NCBI GenBank assembly: GCA_963719085.1
Contig: CAVRAL010000001.1
Location: 224,001-288,000 of the forward strand
Direction: 5' to 3'
Origin: a candidate division FCPU426 bacterium
Lineage (GTDB): Bacteria > Oederibacteriota > Muellerivitia > Muellerivitales > Muellerivitaceae
Length of the DNA: 64,000 nt
The notes under the pieces are model-generated. The model had not been told where the DNA came from and did no database searches. It saw nothing but the letters and a program-made list of their open reading frames with translations. The translations under genes and the position numbers were made by a program. This document shows positions 26,498 through 37,956 of this stretch, piece after piece (the stretch's first letter is position 1; each line of letters starts with the position of its first letter).

Positions 26498-28315
26498 ATG
26501 CCGGGAACTCCTTGCGTGAACCATGCCGACCGAGACGCGGTCGGTAACTGTAGCCGTTGCCACCGGTTTTTCTGCGGCGCTTGTTTGGGGCTCGATTCCA
26601 AAATGCAGCCCATCTGCGCCAGCTGTGAGAAAGAGACCGGCGCGGCGTCTTTGGGCGCGCAGCAGCCGGCCCTGTCCCCTTTGGGGGCGCCGGCCGGGGT
26701 CATTCCACCGTCTTCGGTGGGGGGGGCGTCCAAACCTGGATTTGATGTTTTGAAACACAAAATGGAAGAGGATGATCCTCTAGGGCTTTTAAACACGCCG
26801 GCCCCGGCAGCGGCGCCTAAGGCGCCGATTAAAGCCGAAGCCGCGGCTTCCTCGTCGGAAGAAGTTTTGAGTGAAGAAGACGCCATGGAAATCGACGTGG
26901 ATGTGCCCTCCGCGCCTAAGCCCCAGGCGCCCGCGCCTGCCGTCGCGGCGCCAAAGATTTCGTCCGGGTCGCTTTTGGATGATTTACTCACCACGCCCCC
27001 TTCGGCAGTTGTGCCTCCGATCAAAGCGCCGGCCCCCGCGGCGGGACCTGTGATCGCCCCGTCGCCTTCGATCACTGCCCCGGTGATGCCGCAACCGATG
27101 TCCCCTGCGGCATCCTCCTTGGGGACCGTGTCAGCGCCCAAGCCCCAGTCTCCCGTGATCCCGGCTTCTCCCGCGGCATTTGATGCCCCGGCCGGGTCCG
27201 CTCCCGCTTTCCCAAAAGCGTCTCCCTTGGGGACCGCGCCCGTCGCCCCTTCGACATTTGCCCCGACGACGGTTGGGATACCGGCTTCCCCCTCCGCCGG
27301 GTTGGACGATCTTTTGAAGCCCCCGCAGCCGATCGCGCCGGCCGCCGCGCCATCCGCCCCCGCTTCGGGGACTGCGCCGGCCGGCGGGTTGGATGATTTT
27401 CTTTCCGCGCCGATCGCCAAACCCAAGCTTCCGACCGTGACTCCCGTGACTCCGGCCAAATTGAATCTCGACATAAAGCCGGCGGTTCCCATGGCTTCGT
27501 CCGCGCCCCTGCCCGTGTTGGATCCCATCAAGCCATCCATGCCCAAGCTGAACCCTTCGGCGCCCGTTCCCAAGGCGATCGATATTCCGGCCGCGAAGGT
27601 TTCCCTGCCCGATGAGGATTTGAGTCCTAAAGAAAAAGGGACCGGGTTAATGGCCGCGTTGCTTAATTCCAACCTCACGGTCATGAAAATTAAAATTCCT
27701 TATTATGCTTTGGCGGCCGCCTTGGTGGTTTTTTTAGGGCTGGCCGGGTGGGGAATCGCCTCGGCCGGCGGCGGACCCTCGATTAAGATCGTGGACACGA
27801 TCGCCCCGCTCCAAATCGTGCAGGTGGACGCCAGCCAGATCGCCGACATGGACATCACGACCTATTCGGATATCCAGACCAAGCTCCAGGCCATGCAGTT
27901 CACCAACTTTATCCAGATGACGGTGCCCGAGCTTCCCTCGCCCAATTTTTTTAACGTCCAAATGAAACCGGAATCCGGCACCTATGCCGAGGTCATTAAG
28001 ATGCCGGGGCAGTTAAAACCGGTGCTTTCTTACGTGACGGTTTTCACCAACGGCGTTTGGTATTCCACCAATGGCTGGGACGGGAAAAACCAGGAACTGG
28101 AATATTTGGTAAGCGAGTTTGATCCTAATGACGATCCGGACCAGTTATACGTAGCCCATATCCAAGGAGTGGACAAGCTCAAGAGCGATAAGGGCTGGGA
28201 CACGCAAACCATGAGCGAGGACCGCTATCTAGCCGCCTTCAGCGATCATGTGCGCTGGTACCTGGATTACAAGGATATCGCCGGATACCAAGCCGACTTC
28301 GCCGACTGGCATTGA
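26498..28315 (+). CDS. B-box zinc finger + Pro/Ala-rich linker + TM + extracytoplasmic domain, unknown function
   Basis: CVNH...C.RC....CGAC...C..C; about 330-aa low-complexity region; single TM YYALAAALVVFLGLAGWGI. Confidence 0.8.
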   Translation: MPGTPCVNHADRDAVGNCSRCHRFFCGACLGLDSKMQPICASCEKETGAASLGAQQPALSPLGAPAGVIPPSSVGGASKPGFDVLKHKMEEDDPLGLLNTPAPAAAPKAPIKAEAAASSSEEVLSEEDAMEIDVDVPSAPKPQAPAPAVAAPKISSGSLLDDLLTTPPSAVVPPIKAPAPAAGPVIAPSPSITAPVMPQPMSPAASSLGTVSAPKPQSPVIPASPAAFDAPAGSAPAFPKASPLGTAPVAPSTFAPTTVGIPASPSAGLDDLLKPPQPIAPAAAPSAPASGTAPAGGLDDFLSAPIAKPKLPTVTPVTPAKLNLDIKPAVPMASSAPLPVLDPIKPSMPKLNPSAPVPKAIDIPAAKVSLPDEDLSPKEKGTGLMAALLNSNLTVMKIKIPYYALAAALVVFLGLAGWGIASAGGGPSIKIVDTIAPLQIVQVDASQIADMDITTYSDIQTKLQAMQFTNFIQMTVPELPSPNFFNVQMKPESGTYAEVIKMPGQLKPVLSYVTVFTNGVWYSTNGWDGKNQELEYLVSEFDPNDDPDQLYVAHIQGVDKLKSDKGWDTQTMSEDRYLAAFSDHVRWYLDYKDIAGYQADFADWH

Positions 28316-28393
28316 GTTTCGGTGATTAGTCCAAAATGGCCTAACGCCCCGCGTTTTTTCAAATCCACTTAAAAACGGTTGCCGGGGCTCGGG

Positions 28394-29925
<1,532 letters not shown>

Positions 29926-29934
29926 AGTCCGTTT

Positions 29935-30050
29935 ACATTGATGAACGCAGATGGACGCGGATGAATAAAACCCAACCAGTCGATTTTTTGATTCCGTCTT
30001 TTTAGTGATTTGGTTGATTTAAATCGGAGTTTATCCGCGTTCATCATTGT
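29935..30050. repeat. Intergenic inverted-repeat element, AACGCAGAT family
   Basis: ACATTGATGAACGCAGATGGACGCGGAT ... ATCGGAGTTTATCCGCGTTCATCATTGT; related left arm at 42453-42480. Confidence 0.8.
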
Positions 30051-30079
30051 TTCATTGCCTGAACTTTTAAGGAATCCTT

Positions 30080-31630
30080 GTGAAACACGATCTTGTCATT
30101 GTTTTGGATTTCGGGGCTCAGTACAGCCAGCTCATCGCCCGCCGGGTTCGGGAATCCAAGGTTTACTGCGAAATCCTGCCCTTCAACACGCCGACCGCTA
30201 AAATCCTCGAGAAAAATCCCAAGGGCATCATCCTGTCCGGCGGGCCTTCCAGTGTTTACGCCCCCGGCGCGCCCCATGTGAAGGCGGATCTTTTTGAAAG
30301 CGGCGTGCCGATGCTCGGTATTTGCTACGGCATGCAGCTCATCAGCCAGGCCTTGAAGGGGAATGTCCAAAAAGCCTCCAAGCGGGAATTCGGGCTGGCT
30401 CCGCTTCACATCAAATCCGCGAAGCTTCTTTTCGCCGGGCTTCCGTCCAAACTCAATGTTTGGATGAGCCATGGGGATCAAGTCACCCGCATTCCAAAAG
30501 GATTTAAAAGCCTGGCTTCCACCTCCACTTGCCCCTTCGCGGCGGCCTATGATGAAAAACGGCGGATTTACGGAATCCAGTTCCACCCCGAAGTGGTCCA
30601 TACCCAAAAGGGCAGCCAGATCTTGCGGAATTTCGTCTTGAAGATCGCGAAGGCCAAACCCACTTGGACCATGGATTCTTATGAAAAAATAGCCATCGCC
30701 GAAATCCGGGCCAAGGTCGGGAAGGGCCGGGTGCTTTGCGGCGTTTCGGGCGGCGTGGATTCCACCGTGGCGGCCACTTTGATCCACCGGGCGGTGGGGA
30801 ACCAGTTGGATTGTGTTTTCGTGAACAACGGGGTTTTGCGCCAAGGCGAGGCCGAGCAAGTGGTCAAGATGTTCAAGGAACAACTGCGGATCCCGCTTCA
30901 TTACATCAACGCGGAAAACGAGTTCTTGAAGCTTTTGGAAGGCGTCAGCGAACCGGAGAAAAAACGGAAAATCATCGGGAACACTTTTATCCGGGTCTTC
31001 GAGAAAAAGGCGCGGGAACTGCAAAAGAAAAAGGGCCCCTTTGAGTTCCTGGCCCAGGGAACCCTTTATCCCGACGTGATCGAAAGCGTTTCGGTGAAGG
31101 GCCCCTCGGCGACCATCAAGAGCCATCACAATGTGGGCGGCCTGCCTAAGGATATGAAATTTAAACTGGTCGAGCCCTTGCGGGAACTGTTTAAGGATGA
31201 GGTGCGGGAATTGGGCAAAGAACTCAAGGTGCCCCATGATCTTTTGTGGCGTCAGCCTTTTCCCGGTCCGGGTTTGGCGGTGCGGCATATCGGGCCTTTG
31301 ACGAAAGCGAGGCTTGATGTTTTGCGCAAGGCGGACGCCATTGTGCAGGAAGAAATCGCCAAGGCGGGGCTTTATCACTCCATCTGGCAGTCTTTCGCGG
31401 TCCTCACGCCGGTCAAATCCGTGGGGGTTATGGGCGATGAAAGAACTTACGAGAGCGCCTGTGTCATCCGGGCGGTCCATTCCACCGACGGCATGACGGC
31501 CGATTGGGTGAAGCTTCCCTATGACCTTTTAGGCAAGATGTCCAACCGCATCATCAATGAGGTCCGCGGCATCAACCGGGTGGTTTATGACATCACCAGC
31601 AAGCCCCCCGGCACAATTGAGTGGGAGTAG
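30080..31630 (+). CDS. guaA: GMP synthase (glutamine-hydrolysing)
   Basis: [33 protein letters not shown]. Confidence 0.99.
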   Translation: MKHDLVIVLDFGAQYSQLIARRVRESKVYCEILPFNTPTAKILEKNPKGIILSGGPSSVYAPGAPHVKADLFESGVPMLGICYGMQLISQALKGNVQKASKREFGLAPLHIKSAKLLFAGLPSKLNVWMSHGDQVTRIPKGFKSLASTSTCPFAAAYDEKRRIYGIQFHPEVVHTQKGSQILRNFVLKIAKAKPTWTMDSYEKIAIAEIRAKVGKGRVLCGVSGGVDSTVAATLIHRAVGNQLDCVFVNNGVLRQGEAEQVVKMFKEQLRIPLHYINAENEFLKLLEGVSEPEKKRKIIGNTFIRVFEKKARELQKKKGPFEFLAQGTLYPDVIESVSVKGPSATIKSHHNVGGLPKDMKFKLVEPLRELFKDEVRELGKELKVPHDLLWRQPFPGPGLAVRHIGPLTKARLDVLRKADAIVQEEIAKAGLYHSIWQSFAVLTPVKSVGVMGDERTYESACVIRAVHSTDGMTADWVKLPYDLLGKMSNRIINEVRGINRVVYDITSKPPGTIEWE

Positions 31631-31645
31631 ATAAGAACCTCAATT

Positions 31646-31775
31646 AAAACCATTTTCACCGCCAAGACGCCAAGTTCGCCAAGAACGGCTAAAAACAAGA
31701 ATTTAACACGAACCATGATCTATTTTGTTTTGCTTTTCTTGGCGTACTTGGTGTTTTGGCGGTAAAACTGGTTTT
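31646..31775. repeat. Intergenic inverted-repeat element, CCAAG family
   Basis: AAAACCATTTTCACCGCCAAGACGCCAAGTTCGCCAAGAA ... TTCTTGGCGTACTTGGTGTTTTGGCGGTAAAACTGGTTTT. Confidence 0.9.
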
Positions 31776-31874
31776 GCTGGAATCCTTGAGTTTTTTCTGA
31801 GCTGATTTGTTCCTTGTGGCCCCGCTTTAAGCCCTATAAAATCTATTGGTTTGGACATTCCACCGGGGGTTTTC

Positions 31875-32847
31875 ATGAAACAATCCTTCGCCTTGTTGGC
31901 CGGCCTCTTTTTGGCCCTCTCAATCCCTTGCCGCCTTTGGGCCTGGGGGGACTATGGGCACCAGGTCATCGCCCAAATCGCTTATGACAACTTAAGCGCC
32001 CCGGTTTCGGCCAAGATCGCGGAAATGATCAATGACGCGGGTTACACCACGCCGGACCAACTGGTGATTGACGGGTTGGAAAATCATGACAGCCAAGAGG
32101 GGTTTCCCTCGCACGCCACCATGCTTCAAATCTCCGTTTGGCCCGACTATCTTTTGACCAAATCGACCGAGTTCAAAAACATGACGGCCCCCTGGCACTA
32201 TATTTCGATCGACCGCAATCCGGGCGAGACTGAGGAGCGGGAAGCGGATTTTTGCCGCAACAACGACTGCCTGCCCGTCCAGATCAATCAGGCGCTTTCT
32301 AATTTGACGGACAGACTCGATTTCGGTGAAAGAAAAATTTGTCTCGTTGGCCATGCTCATCAACCTGATGGGCGACATCCATCAGCCCTTGAACTGCTCG
32401 GACGAGGGCGACCACAACGGAACCGAGAAATATTTCAGCTGGAACGGCGGCAAGCCCATGAGCCTTCACTCGGTTTGGAACAACCTGCTTCACGGCGCCC
32501 CGCCTTCGGGCAACGTCACGGTTTATGCCCGGGAACTGGAAACGCAAATCACGGCCGATGACCGCGCGGCCTGGAAATCGGGTGTGGCTTCGGATTGGGC
32601 TTGGGAAAGCTACCAGATCGCCGACGACAAGATTTACGGTTTGGACGCCTTTCAATACGGCCCCCAGAACGTGAAAGTCGATGAACTTGGAAATTTGATC
32701 CTCAAGGGCGGCCAAGCGGTGGTCACCAAAAAAGTCCCATTCCCCCCGGAATTCTATTCGGACGAATACAAGCAATTGGTGGAAGTTCAGCTGGAGAAGT
32801 CGGGAATCCGGCTGGCCTGGCTTCTCAACAGCGTGCTGGGGAAATAA
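31875..32847 (+). pseudogene. S1/P1 nuclease family protein split by +1 frameshift near 32313 (pseudogene or sequencing error)
   Basis: ORF1: signal, WGDYGH, WPD, WHY; ORF2: GDIHQPL, LHSVW, GIRLAWLLN; removing A32313 joins them as LTDDSISVKEK. Confidence 0.8.
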
Positions 32848-32849
32848 GC

Positions 32850-33149
32850 TTGGCCTACGAGCGGTGCATGGGGCTTCGGGTGGTGGATGAGGCTTTGTAC
32901 CGCAGGTACCGGGAGGGGATGCTCCCCATCCTCGCGCGCTTTGGGGGACGGTTCCGCTATGACTTTAAAATCTCTGAAACGCTGAAATCCGAGACCGCCG
33001 CGCCCATCAACCGGGTTTACATGATCGCCTTTGAAAGCAAAGCCGATAACGACGCCTTTTTCAAGGACCCGGATTATCTCAAGGTTCGGGAAACTTTCTT
33101 TAAACCTGCCGTCGCGGAGATCACGACCCTAGCCGCTTACGAGCGTTAG
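32850..33149 (+). CDS. DUF1330-like small protein
   Basis: YRRYR..M.PIL.RFGGRF.YDF, INRV, FF.DP.Y..VR. Confidence 0.75.
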   Translation: MAYERCMGLRVVDEALYRRYREGMLPILARFGGRFRYDFKISETLKSETAAPINRVYMIAFESKADNDAFFKDPDYLKVRETFFKPAVAEITTLAAYER

Positions 33150-33172
33150 GCTATCGCTTCGAGTTAAAAATT

Positions 33173-33574
33173 TTATTCAACTGCGCTCACGATAATATCA
33201 TTACAGACGCCACCAGTTCCTTCGGCTACAGAGGCCTCGAAAACATCCCCCCCGCCTACGGAAAAGGTTAGGGGATAATTAGCGGTGTCGTTTTGAAAAA
33301 GGCAGGTTACGCCGACGCAGGTGCCGCTTGTAATAAAATTCAAGGTGTGATTTCCGGGCGAAACGGTGTTAGGGAATGGGACAAGTCCTTGGCCGGCGGT
33401 AATGGACATGGCCTGGTTACCGTCTATATTTACGCTCATTTCGCAGCCAGCGGAACGGCTATCATCGACTTCGATGGTTCCTTGGGTCACTCCGGCGGGC
33501 TGACAGCCGACGGCCAAAAGCATACCGCCGAAAATGATGGCGAATAAAAAAGCGGCGATTAAGTGATTCTTCAT
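33173..33574 (-). CDS. Putative lipoprotein, unknown function
   Basis: Signal with lipobox-like AVGC; GGAGG SD; four further Cys. Confidence 0.65.
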   Translation of the reverse strand: MKNHLIAAFLFAIIFGGMLLAVGCQPAGVTQGTIEVDDSRSAGCEMSVNIDGNQAMSITAGQGLVPFPNTVSPGNHTLNFITSGTCVGVTCLFQNDTANYPLTFSVGGGDVFEASVAEGTGGVCNDIIVSAVE

Positions 33575-33796
33575 GATTCCTCCGGTGATGGGTGTACCGA
33601 ATTTTGACGTCTCAACCCGGTTAAAAGTTCCCTCAGGCGCTCACTATAGTGAAGGTTTTAACCCTCGAAGTTTTCGGTTAGTCAGGGCATTATTATAAGC
33701 GGGTTAGTTGTTCTCCTTGGGTAAATATCACCCACAGATTTGATCTTCCTTGTGGACCAAAAAGCCTTTTTCCCTGGATATTTTCCGTCTCTCCCA

Positions 33797-33812
33797 TGGC
33801 ACGTCCTTTGCT
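33797..33812 (+). promoter_or_regulatory. Sigma54 (-24/-12) promoter upstream of single-domain response regulator
   Basis: TGGCACG-TCCT-TTGCT matches TGGCACG-N4-TTGCW. Confidence 0.7.
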
Positions 33813-33868
33813 TTATTTAAACCTGAATATTCAAATAACCCCCGTGGGGAAGATCAGTGGGAGGCCGC

Positions 33869-34294
33869 ATGAGTTTAGGAACTATTTTAATCGTGGAAGA
33901 CCAAAGGGGTTTTCGGCGGATTTATCAGGACGCCCTGGAAAGCCAGGGCTACGAGGTTTTGGTCGCCGAGGATGGGGAAAAGGGATTGGAACAGGTTCGG
34001 TTGCACAAACCCAGCCTGGTCCTGCTCGATTTGGGCCTGCCCCGGATGAGCGGATTTGAGGTGCTTCGGAAAATCCGCGAGGATGTTTCCTTGGATAAAG
34101 TCCGGGTGGTCATTTTTTCGGTCACCGGCGAGGAAAATCACGTGGAAAAGGCGCTTGGCATGGGCGCCAATGGCTATGTGCTGAAGGGGGGCCACACACC
34201 CCGGCAGGTCATTGAGGTCATCCAAGGCCTTTTGAATCCTGCTGAAAAGGCCGCGGGAAAAACGCCCGAGGCTAAAATTCCACAGGCTTCCTGA
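33869..34294 (+). CDS. Single-domain (CheY-like) response regulator
   Basis: ILIVED, LLDLGLP, GANGYVLK; GGAGG SD. Confidence 0.9.
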   Translation: MSLGTILIVEDQRGFRRIYQDALESQGYEVLVAEDGEKGLEQVRLHKPSLVLLDLGLPRMSGFEVLRKIREDVSLDKVRVVIFSVTGEENHVEKALGMGANGYVLKGGHTPRQVIEVIQGLLNPAEKAAGKTPEAKIPQAS

Positions 34295-34511
34295 CTCGGG
34301 CCCCCGCCGCCTGTTGGGCGGCCCCGGGTTCCCGGAAATACTCATTCCATCGGGGCGGCGGTATGTCTTTGCCTTCGTAGAGGATGAATTCCATTTTCCA
34401 TTTGGTTTCATGAAGGCATTTTAAAAGCGCGTCATCCGAATTGACCGCCTGGGTTTTGTAAAGCGACCCGGTCCGGTCATGGCGGAAAAAATATAGATAA
34501 TCAGTCCGCAT
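34272..34511 (-). CDS. Small hypothetical protein
   Basis: 79-aa ORF filling the gap after the sulfotransferase; start uncertain. Confidence 0.4.
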   Translation of the reverse strand: MRTDYLYFFRHDRTGSLYKTQAVNSDDALLKCLHETKWKMEFILYEGKDIPPPRWNEYFREPGAAQQAAGARVRKPVEF

Positions 34512-34595
34512 AGTGATCCGCCGGATGGTTGGATGGATCCCTCAAGCAGCGCCTCCTGTTTTTGGAACTATTTGGACAAATCCAAGGACGGGTCC

Positions 34596-35405
34596 TCATG
34601 AATAGCCCAGAGCGCCATGGAGCGCTTTTTGCCTCTCGAGCAGTTTCGGGGGGATCGCCGCCATAAGCGTTGGATCAATTCGGGCGCCTTTTCCAATCCG
34701 GTCCGTTTCGATCTTTGAGGTCGAAGCGATTTTATAATCTCCGCCGCCTGGATCACGGCTGACTTCAAAAACCCGGTCCAAAAGGGCGGGGTCCCAATCC
34801 AAGCCGAGAAATTGAAAGACCGGGTGGAGGGTGCCCGCCGGATTCCCGACGAGGGCCTCGTACCGCAGCCGGAAGGTTTGGGAATGGCGCTTTTCGAAGT
34901 CGAGCATGATTTGGGTCTTGTCGACCCAGCTTTCGAGCAACGCGGCGGCGTAATTTTTCGGGTGCTTGACCACATAGGGGAGGGCCCACCAGACATAGTT
35001 TTTTTCCTCAAGTCCGAGGCCTGAATGGACAACGTCCAAACTGTTCCGGTAAAGACAGAGATAACGGGCGGTCGGAAAGGTTTTTTCCAATTCGGAAAGG
35101 TTTTTCAAGTTGAAGGGAGTCTTATCGCACCAAATTTTCTTTCCCTGGAGCCGGGTAAAGTTTGAGAGAAGCTCATCGATGATGCGGCCCACCTCCCGCC
35201 ACGTCGCTTGGTCCTGATCGCTGCTTTCTTTCCCGGCGGTCAGGCCGAGCGTCCGGGAAACGGTTTCCCCTAAGTCCTTGGCCAGCCTCCCCAAAAACAA
35301 CTCGCCGGGACAACAAATGTCCGGATGCGTATCCAAAATATAGCGCAGGAGCGTGGAGCCGGAACGTTCGCTGCTCAGGATGAAAATCGGGGCGGTGGGT
35401 GCCAT
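34596..35405 (-). CDS. Sulfotransferase (Sulfotransfer_3)
   Basis: PIFILSSERSGSTLL, WCDKTP, RN..DV..S, RYEALV. Confidence 0.9.
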   Translation of the reverse strand: MAPTAPIFILSSERSGSTLLRYILDTHPDICCPGELFLGRLAKDLGETVSRTLGLTAGKESSDQDQATWREVGRIIDELLSNFTRLQGKKIWCDKTPFNLKNLSELEKTFPTARYLCLYRNSLDVVHSGLGLEEKNYVWWALPYVVKHPKNYAAALLESWVDKTQIMLDFEKRHSQTFRLRYEALVGNPAGTLHPVFQFLGLDWDPALLDRVFEVSRDPGGGDYKIASTSKIETDRIGKGARIDPTLMAAIPPKLLERQKALHGALGYS

Positions 35406-35516
35406 TTCCTATTGACGTTCGCGTCCGGGCGAAAGTGTCGTGCGGGTTGGACGCTGTTTTCTTTCGGACCTAAAGTGAAGTTTATTTTGAGGGAAGATTC
35501 CGGACCGGCGGCGGTA

Positions 35517-36665
35517 TTATTTATCCAATACCAGTATTTTGGTTTCGTGGACCATGATCGGTTCGGTCACGTAAATGATGTAAATGCCGCTGGCCACAAT
35601 GTCTCCCAGAAAATTTTTTCCGTCCCAATAAACCATATCCGTGCCCGTGGATTGGGTTTTGTTGTCCCGCAATGTCCGTATAAATTCTCCCGCGCTGTTG
35701 TAAATTTTGACGGCGTAAGGGCCGGGCGTGCATAGGTTGGATTTGATGAACAAAAGGGGACTGTCGGTCCGAGGCGCGAAGATGTTGCGGGATACAAAGA
35801 CGGATTCATCGCAGGGGGCCCCTGATAGAGTCGGCGTCGGGGTGGGGCCGCTGATGAAACTATTGGAACGGATGAAAACGTTTGAATCCAGGTTGCAGTC
35901 GCCCACGTCGCAGATAGCCATTTTAATGTGGTTGACCACGCCCGGTGTCACGGCGGCGATGACGCTTAAAACGGTCGTCAAACCGCGCATGGTGGTGTTC
36001 AGGTTCGCCGTGGGTTTGGTGACGGTGCAAGCGCTACTGTAGGTGCCGTTGCTATTGTCGATATAGTAGGAAGGGTTCACGCAGTTATTGACGGTGTTGA
36101 TGGAAACGTCCGTGGAGGTTCCGGGAATGAGGGCTTGGTTGACCCCGTTGACGAAAAAACCAAAGACATCGTCGAAGGCCCCGATGTAGGAATTGTATTC
36201 GTCCGAGGCGAAGACATATTGAAAAGAAATCGTGTTGGCGATCGGGACGAAATCAAAGGAAAGGACGGTGGCGTCGTAGGTGGTGTTGCCGCCGACGCCC
36301 GGGAGGGCCGCCAAGTCCGAGTCTCCCGGCAGGCCGTTGCAGGTGCTGGTGGTCGTCGTGTTCGGGCCCGCCACGGAGGCGGCGTTCCCATCGCTTAAGA
36401 TAATCCCGGAGTCAAAGCCGATGACGCCGTTTCCGCCCGTAAAGGTCCCCGAGGAAGTGCCCACACCCTGGTAGGTGACATTGCTGTAGCTGACGCCTGA
36501 ACCCAAAAGGGATTGAACCAAGACGGAGGGGGATTGGGATCCCAATGGGGTTACCTGAAGGGTTTGGCCCCGGACGCCTTGCGCGTTCAGGAGGCAAAGA
36601 AGGACGCTTATCGCGCCGAGGCGATACGGGAAGTTTGGGAGATAAGGCTTCTTCATCATATTCAA
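35517..36665 (-). CDS. Secreted choice-of-anchor L domain protein with PTPT linker and FlgD-like C-terminal domain
   Basis: SGIILS.G, DAT.L.FDF, FQYVFASDEY, D.FGFF, KMAICDVGD..LDSNVF; C-terminal IYNSAGEFIRTL...WDGKN..G..VASGIY. Confidence 0.82.
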   Translation of the reverse strand: MNMMKKPYLPNFPYRLGAISVLLCLLNAQGVRGQTLQVTPLGSQSPSVLVQSLLGSGVSYSNVTYQGVGTSSGTFTGGNGVIGFDSGIILSDGNAASVAGPNTTTTSTCNGLPGDSDLAALPGVGGNTTYDATVLSFDFVPIANTISFQYVFASDEYNSYIGAFDDVFGFFVNGVNQALIPGTSTDVSINTVNNCVNPSYYIDNSNGTYSSACTVTKPTANLNTTMRGLTTVLSVIAAVTPGVVNHIKMAICDVGDCNLDSNVFIRSNSFISGPTPTPTLSGAPCDESVFVSRNIFAPRTDSPLLFIKSNLCTPGPYAVKIYNSAGEFIRTLRDNKTQSTGTDMVYWDGKNFLGDIVASGIYIIYVTEPIMVHETKILVLDK

Positions 36666-36825
36666 ACACCTGTGGATGATTGGGAGGCTGATATCAACTT
36701 TAAATAGTGGCCTGATTATATCACCGGATTAAACGAACCCGAAAAGCCAAGGCCCTGCTTTTGATCCATCCCGGGACGGCCTATAATCGATCGACTTCCA
36801 CTTACGTGATTGAAAGGAATTTCCA

Positions 36826-37350
36826 ATGATTTCACCGAAAAAAATCGCTCTTTTGGTCGGCAAAGATTTCGAGGATATGGAGGTAATGTATCCCTATTAC
36901 CGGTTGATTGAGGCCGGATACCAGGTGGACGTCATCGGCGAAGGCCCGGCGGGCACCCAGTACCACGGAAAATTCACCTATCCCATCCTCTCCACGCTGG
37001 AAATATCCCAAGCCAAGGCGGTGGATTACGTTGGGCTGGTGGCGCCGGGCGGTTGGTCGCCGGACAAGCTGCGTCGAAACCCGCAGGTGCTTCAATTGGT
37101 AAGGGACATTGACCGCCAGGGCGGGGTCATCGCCTCGATTTGCCATGGTCCCTGGATTTTGATCTCCGCCGGCGTGGTCAAGGGCAAAAAAATGACGGCT
37201 ACCACGGCCATTAAGGACGATTTGGTGAACGCGGGAGCCTTGTTCGTGAACGAGGAAGTGACCGTGGACGGCCGGATGGTGACCAGCCGTAAGCCCGACG
37301 ACCTTCCGGCTTTCCTGCGCGAGACGCTGAAACTTTTGGGATCGGCTTAA
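36826..37350 (+). CDS. DJ-1/PfpI family protein
   Basis: FEDME, PGGWSPDKLR, SICHGPW, TSRKPDDL. Confidence 0.93.
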   Translation: MISPKKIALLVGKDFEDMEVMYPYYRLIEAGYQVDVIGEGPAGTQYHGKFTYPILSTLEISQAKAVDYVGLVAPGGWSPDKLRRNPQVLQLVRDIDRQGGVIASICHGPWILISAGVVKGKKMTATTAIKDDLVNAGALFVNEEVTVDGRMVTSRKPDDLPAFLRETLKLLGSA

Positions 37351-37435
37351 AATCCACGAATTGTCCCTTTCTTGCGTCCATAAGGCTTATAGTCAAGTCA
37401 GACTTGTGGATGGAGTCCCGAAAGGAAGTTGAATC

Positions 37436-37789
37436 ATGAAGATCAATAAAGAAGAAGTCCTGGCGAAAATGGAACTGGGTCAAGCGGTTTTGATTAATGT
37501 GCTCTCCAAGGATGATTACCGCAAACTGCGGATCAAGGGATCCAAGAACCAATATTTTGATAATGACGAAGCCGCGGCTTTTTCAAAGAACGTTGAGGCG
37601 GCATACGGGAAAGACAAATCTTTCATCGTTTACGGCGACCATTTCGGACATTTGCAAAGTTTCGAGGCGGCCCAGGCGCTGAATGCCCGCGGCCTCAAGG
37701 TTTTGAATTACGCCGGAGGCGTGCAGGAATGGTACAAATCGGGATATCCGGTTGAGGGAACCCAAGTCAACAACGCGGGCGGCGAATAA
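37436..37789 (+). CDS. Rhodanese-like protein lacking the active-site Cys
   Basis: LINVL, RIKGS.N, IVYG, YAGGVQEW..SGYPVE. Confidence 0.8.
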   Translation: MKINKEEVLAKMELGQAVLINVLSKDDYRKLRIKGSKNQYFDNDEAAAFSKNVEAAYGKDKSFIVYGDHFGHLQSFEAAQALNARGLKVLNYAGGVQEWYKSGYPVEGTQVNNAGGE

Positions 37790-37824
37790 AAAACAGTTGA
37801 AAAGTATAAAGTTTTGGTTTTTCT

Positions 37825-37913
37825 CCTTCTCCCTTGAGGGGAGAAGGTCGGGATGAGGGTGATTTAATTAACTAAACCCCTCACCTTAACCCTCTCCCAC
37901 AAGGGGAGAGGGA
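37825..37913. repeat. Intergenic palindromic element, CCCTCACC/CTCTCCC family
   Basis: CCTTCTCCCTTGAGGGGAGAAGG-CGGGATGAGGG ... CCCTCACCTTAACCCTCTCCCACAAGGGGAGAGGG; second copy at 55109. Confidence 0.9.
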
Positions 37914-37956
37914 GCTCGAATCAAGCCGGTTTGCCAAGTCAATAGTTCGGCTTTTT

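Noticed and set aside
33641..33650. CTCACTATAG resemblance to the T7 promoter
   Set aside because: Only a partial match within a short palindrome; no vector or phage context
34500..34556. Possible fourth frameshift: AGGAGG-TTG 14-codon ORF upstream of the 79-aa ORF on the minus strand
   Set aside because: No homology evidence to decide between a frameshift and the ATG start at 34511
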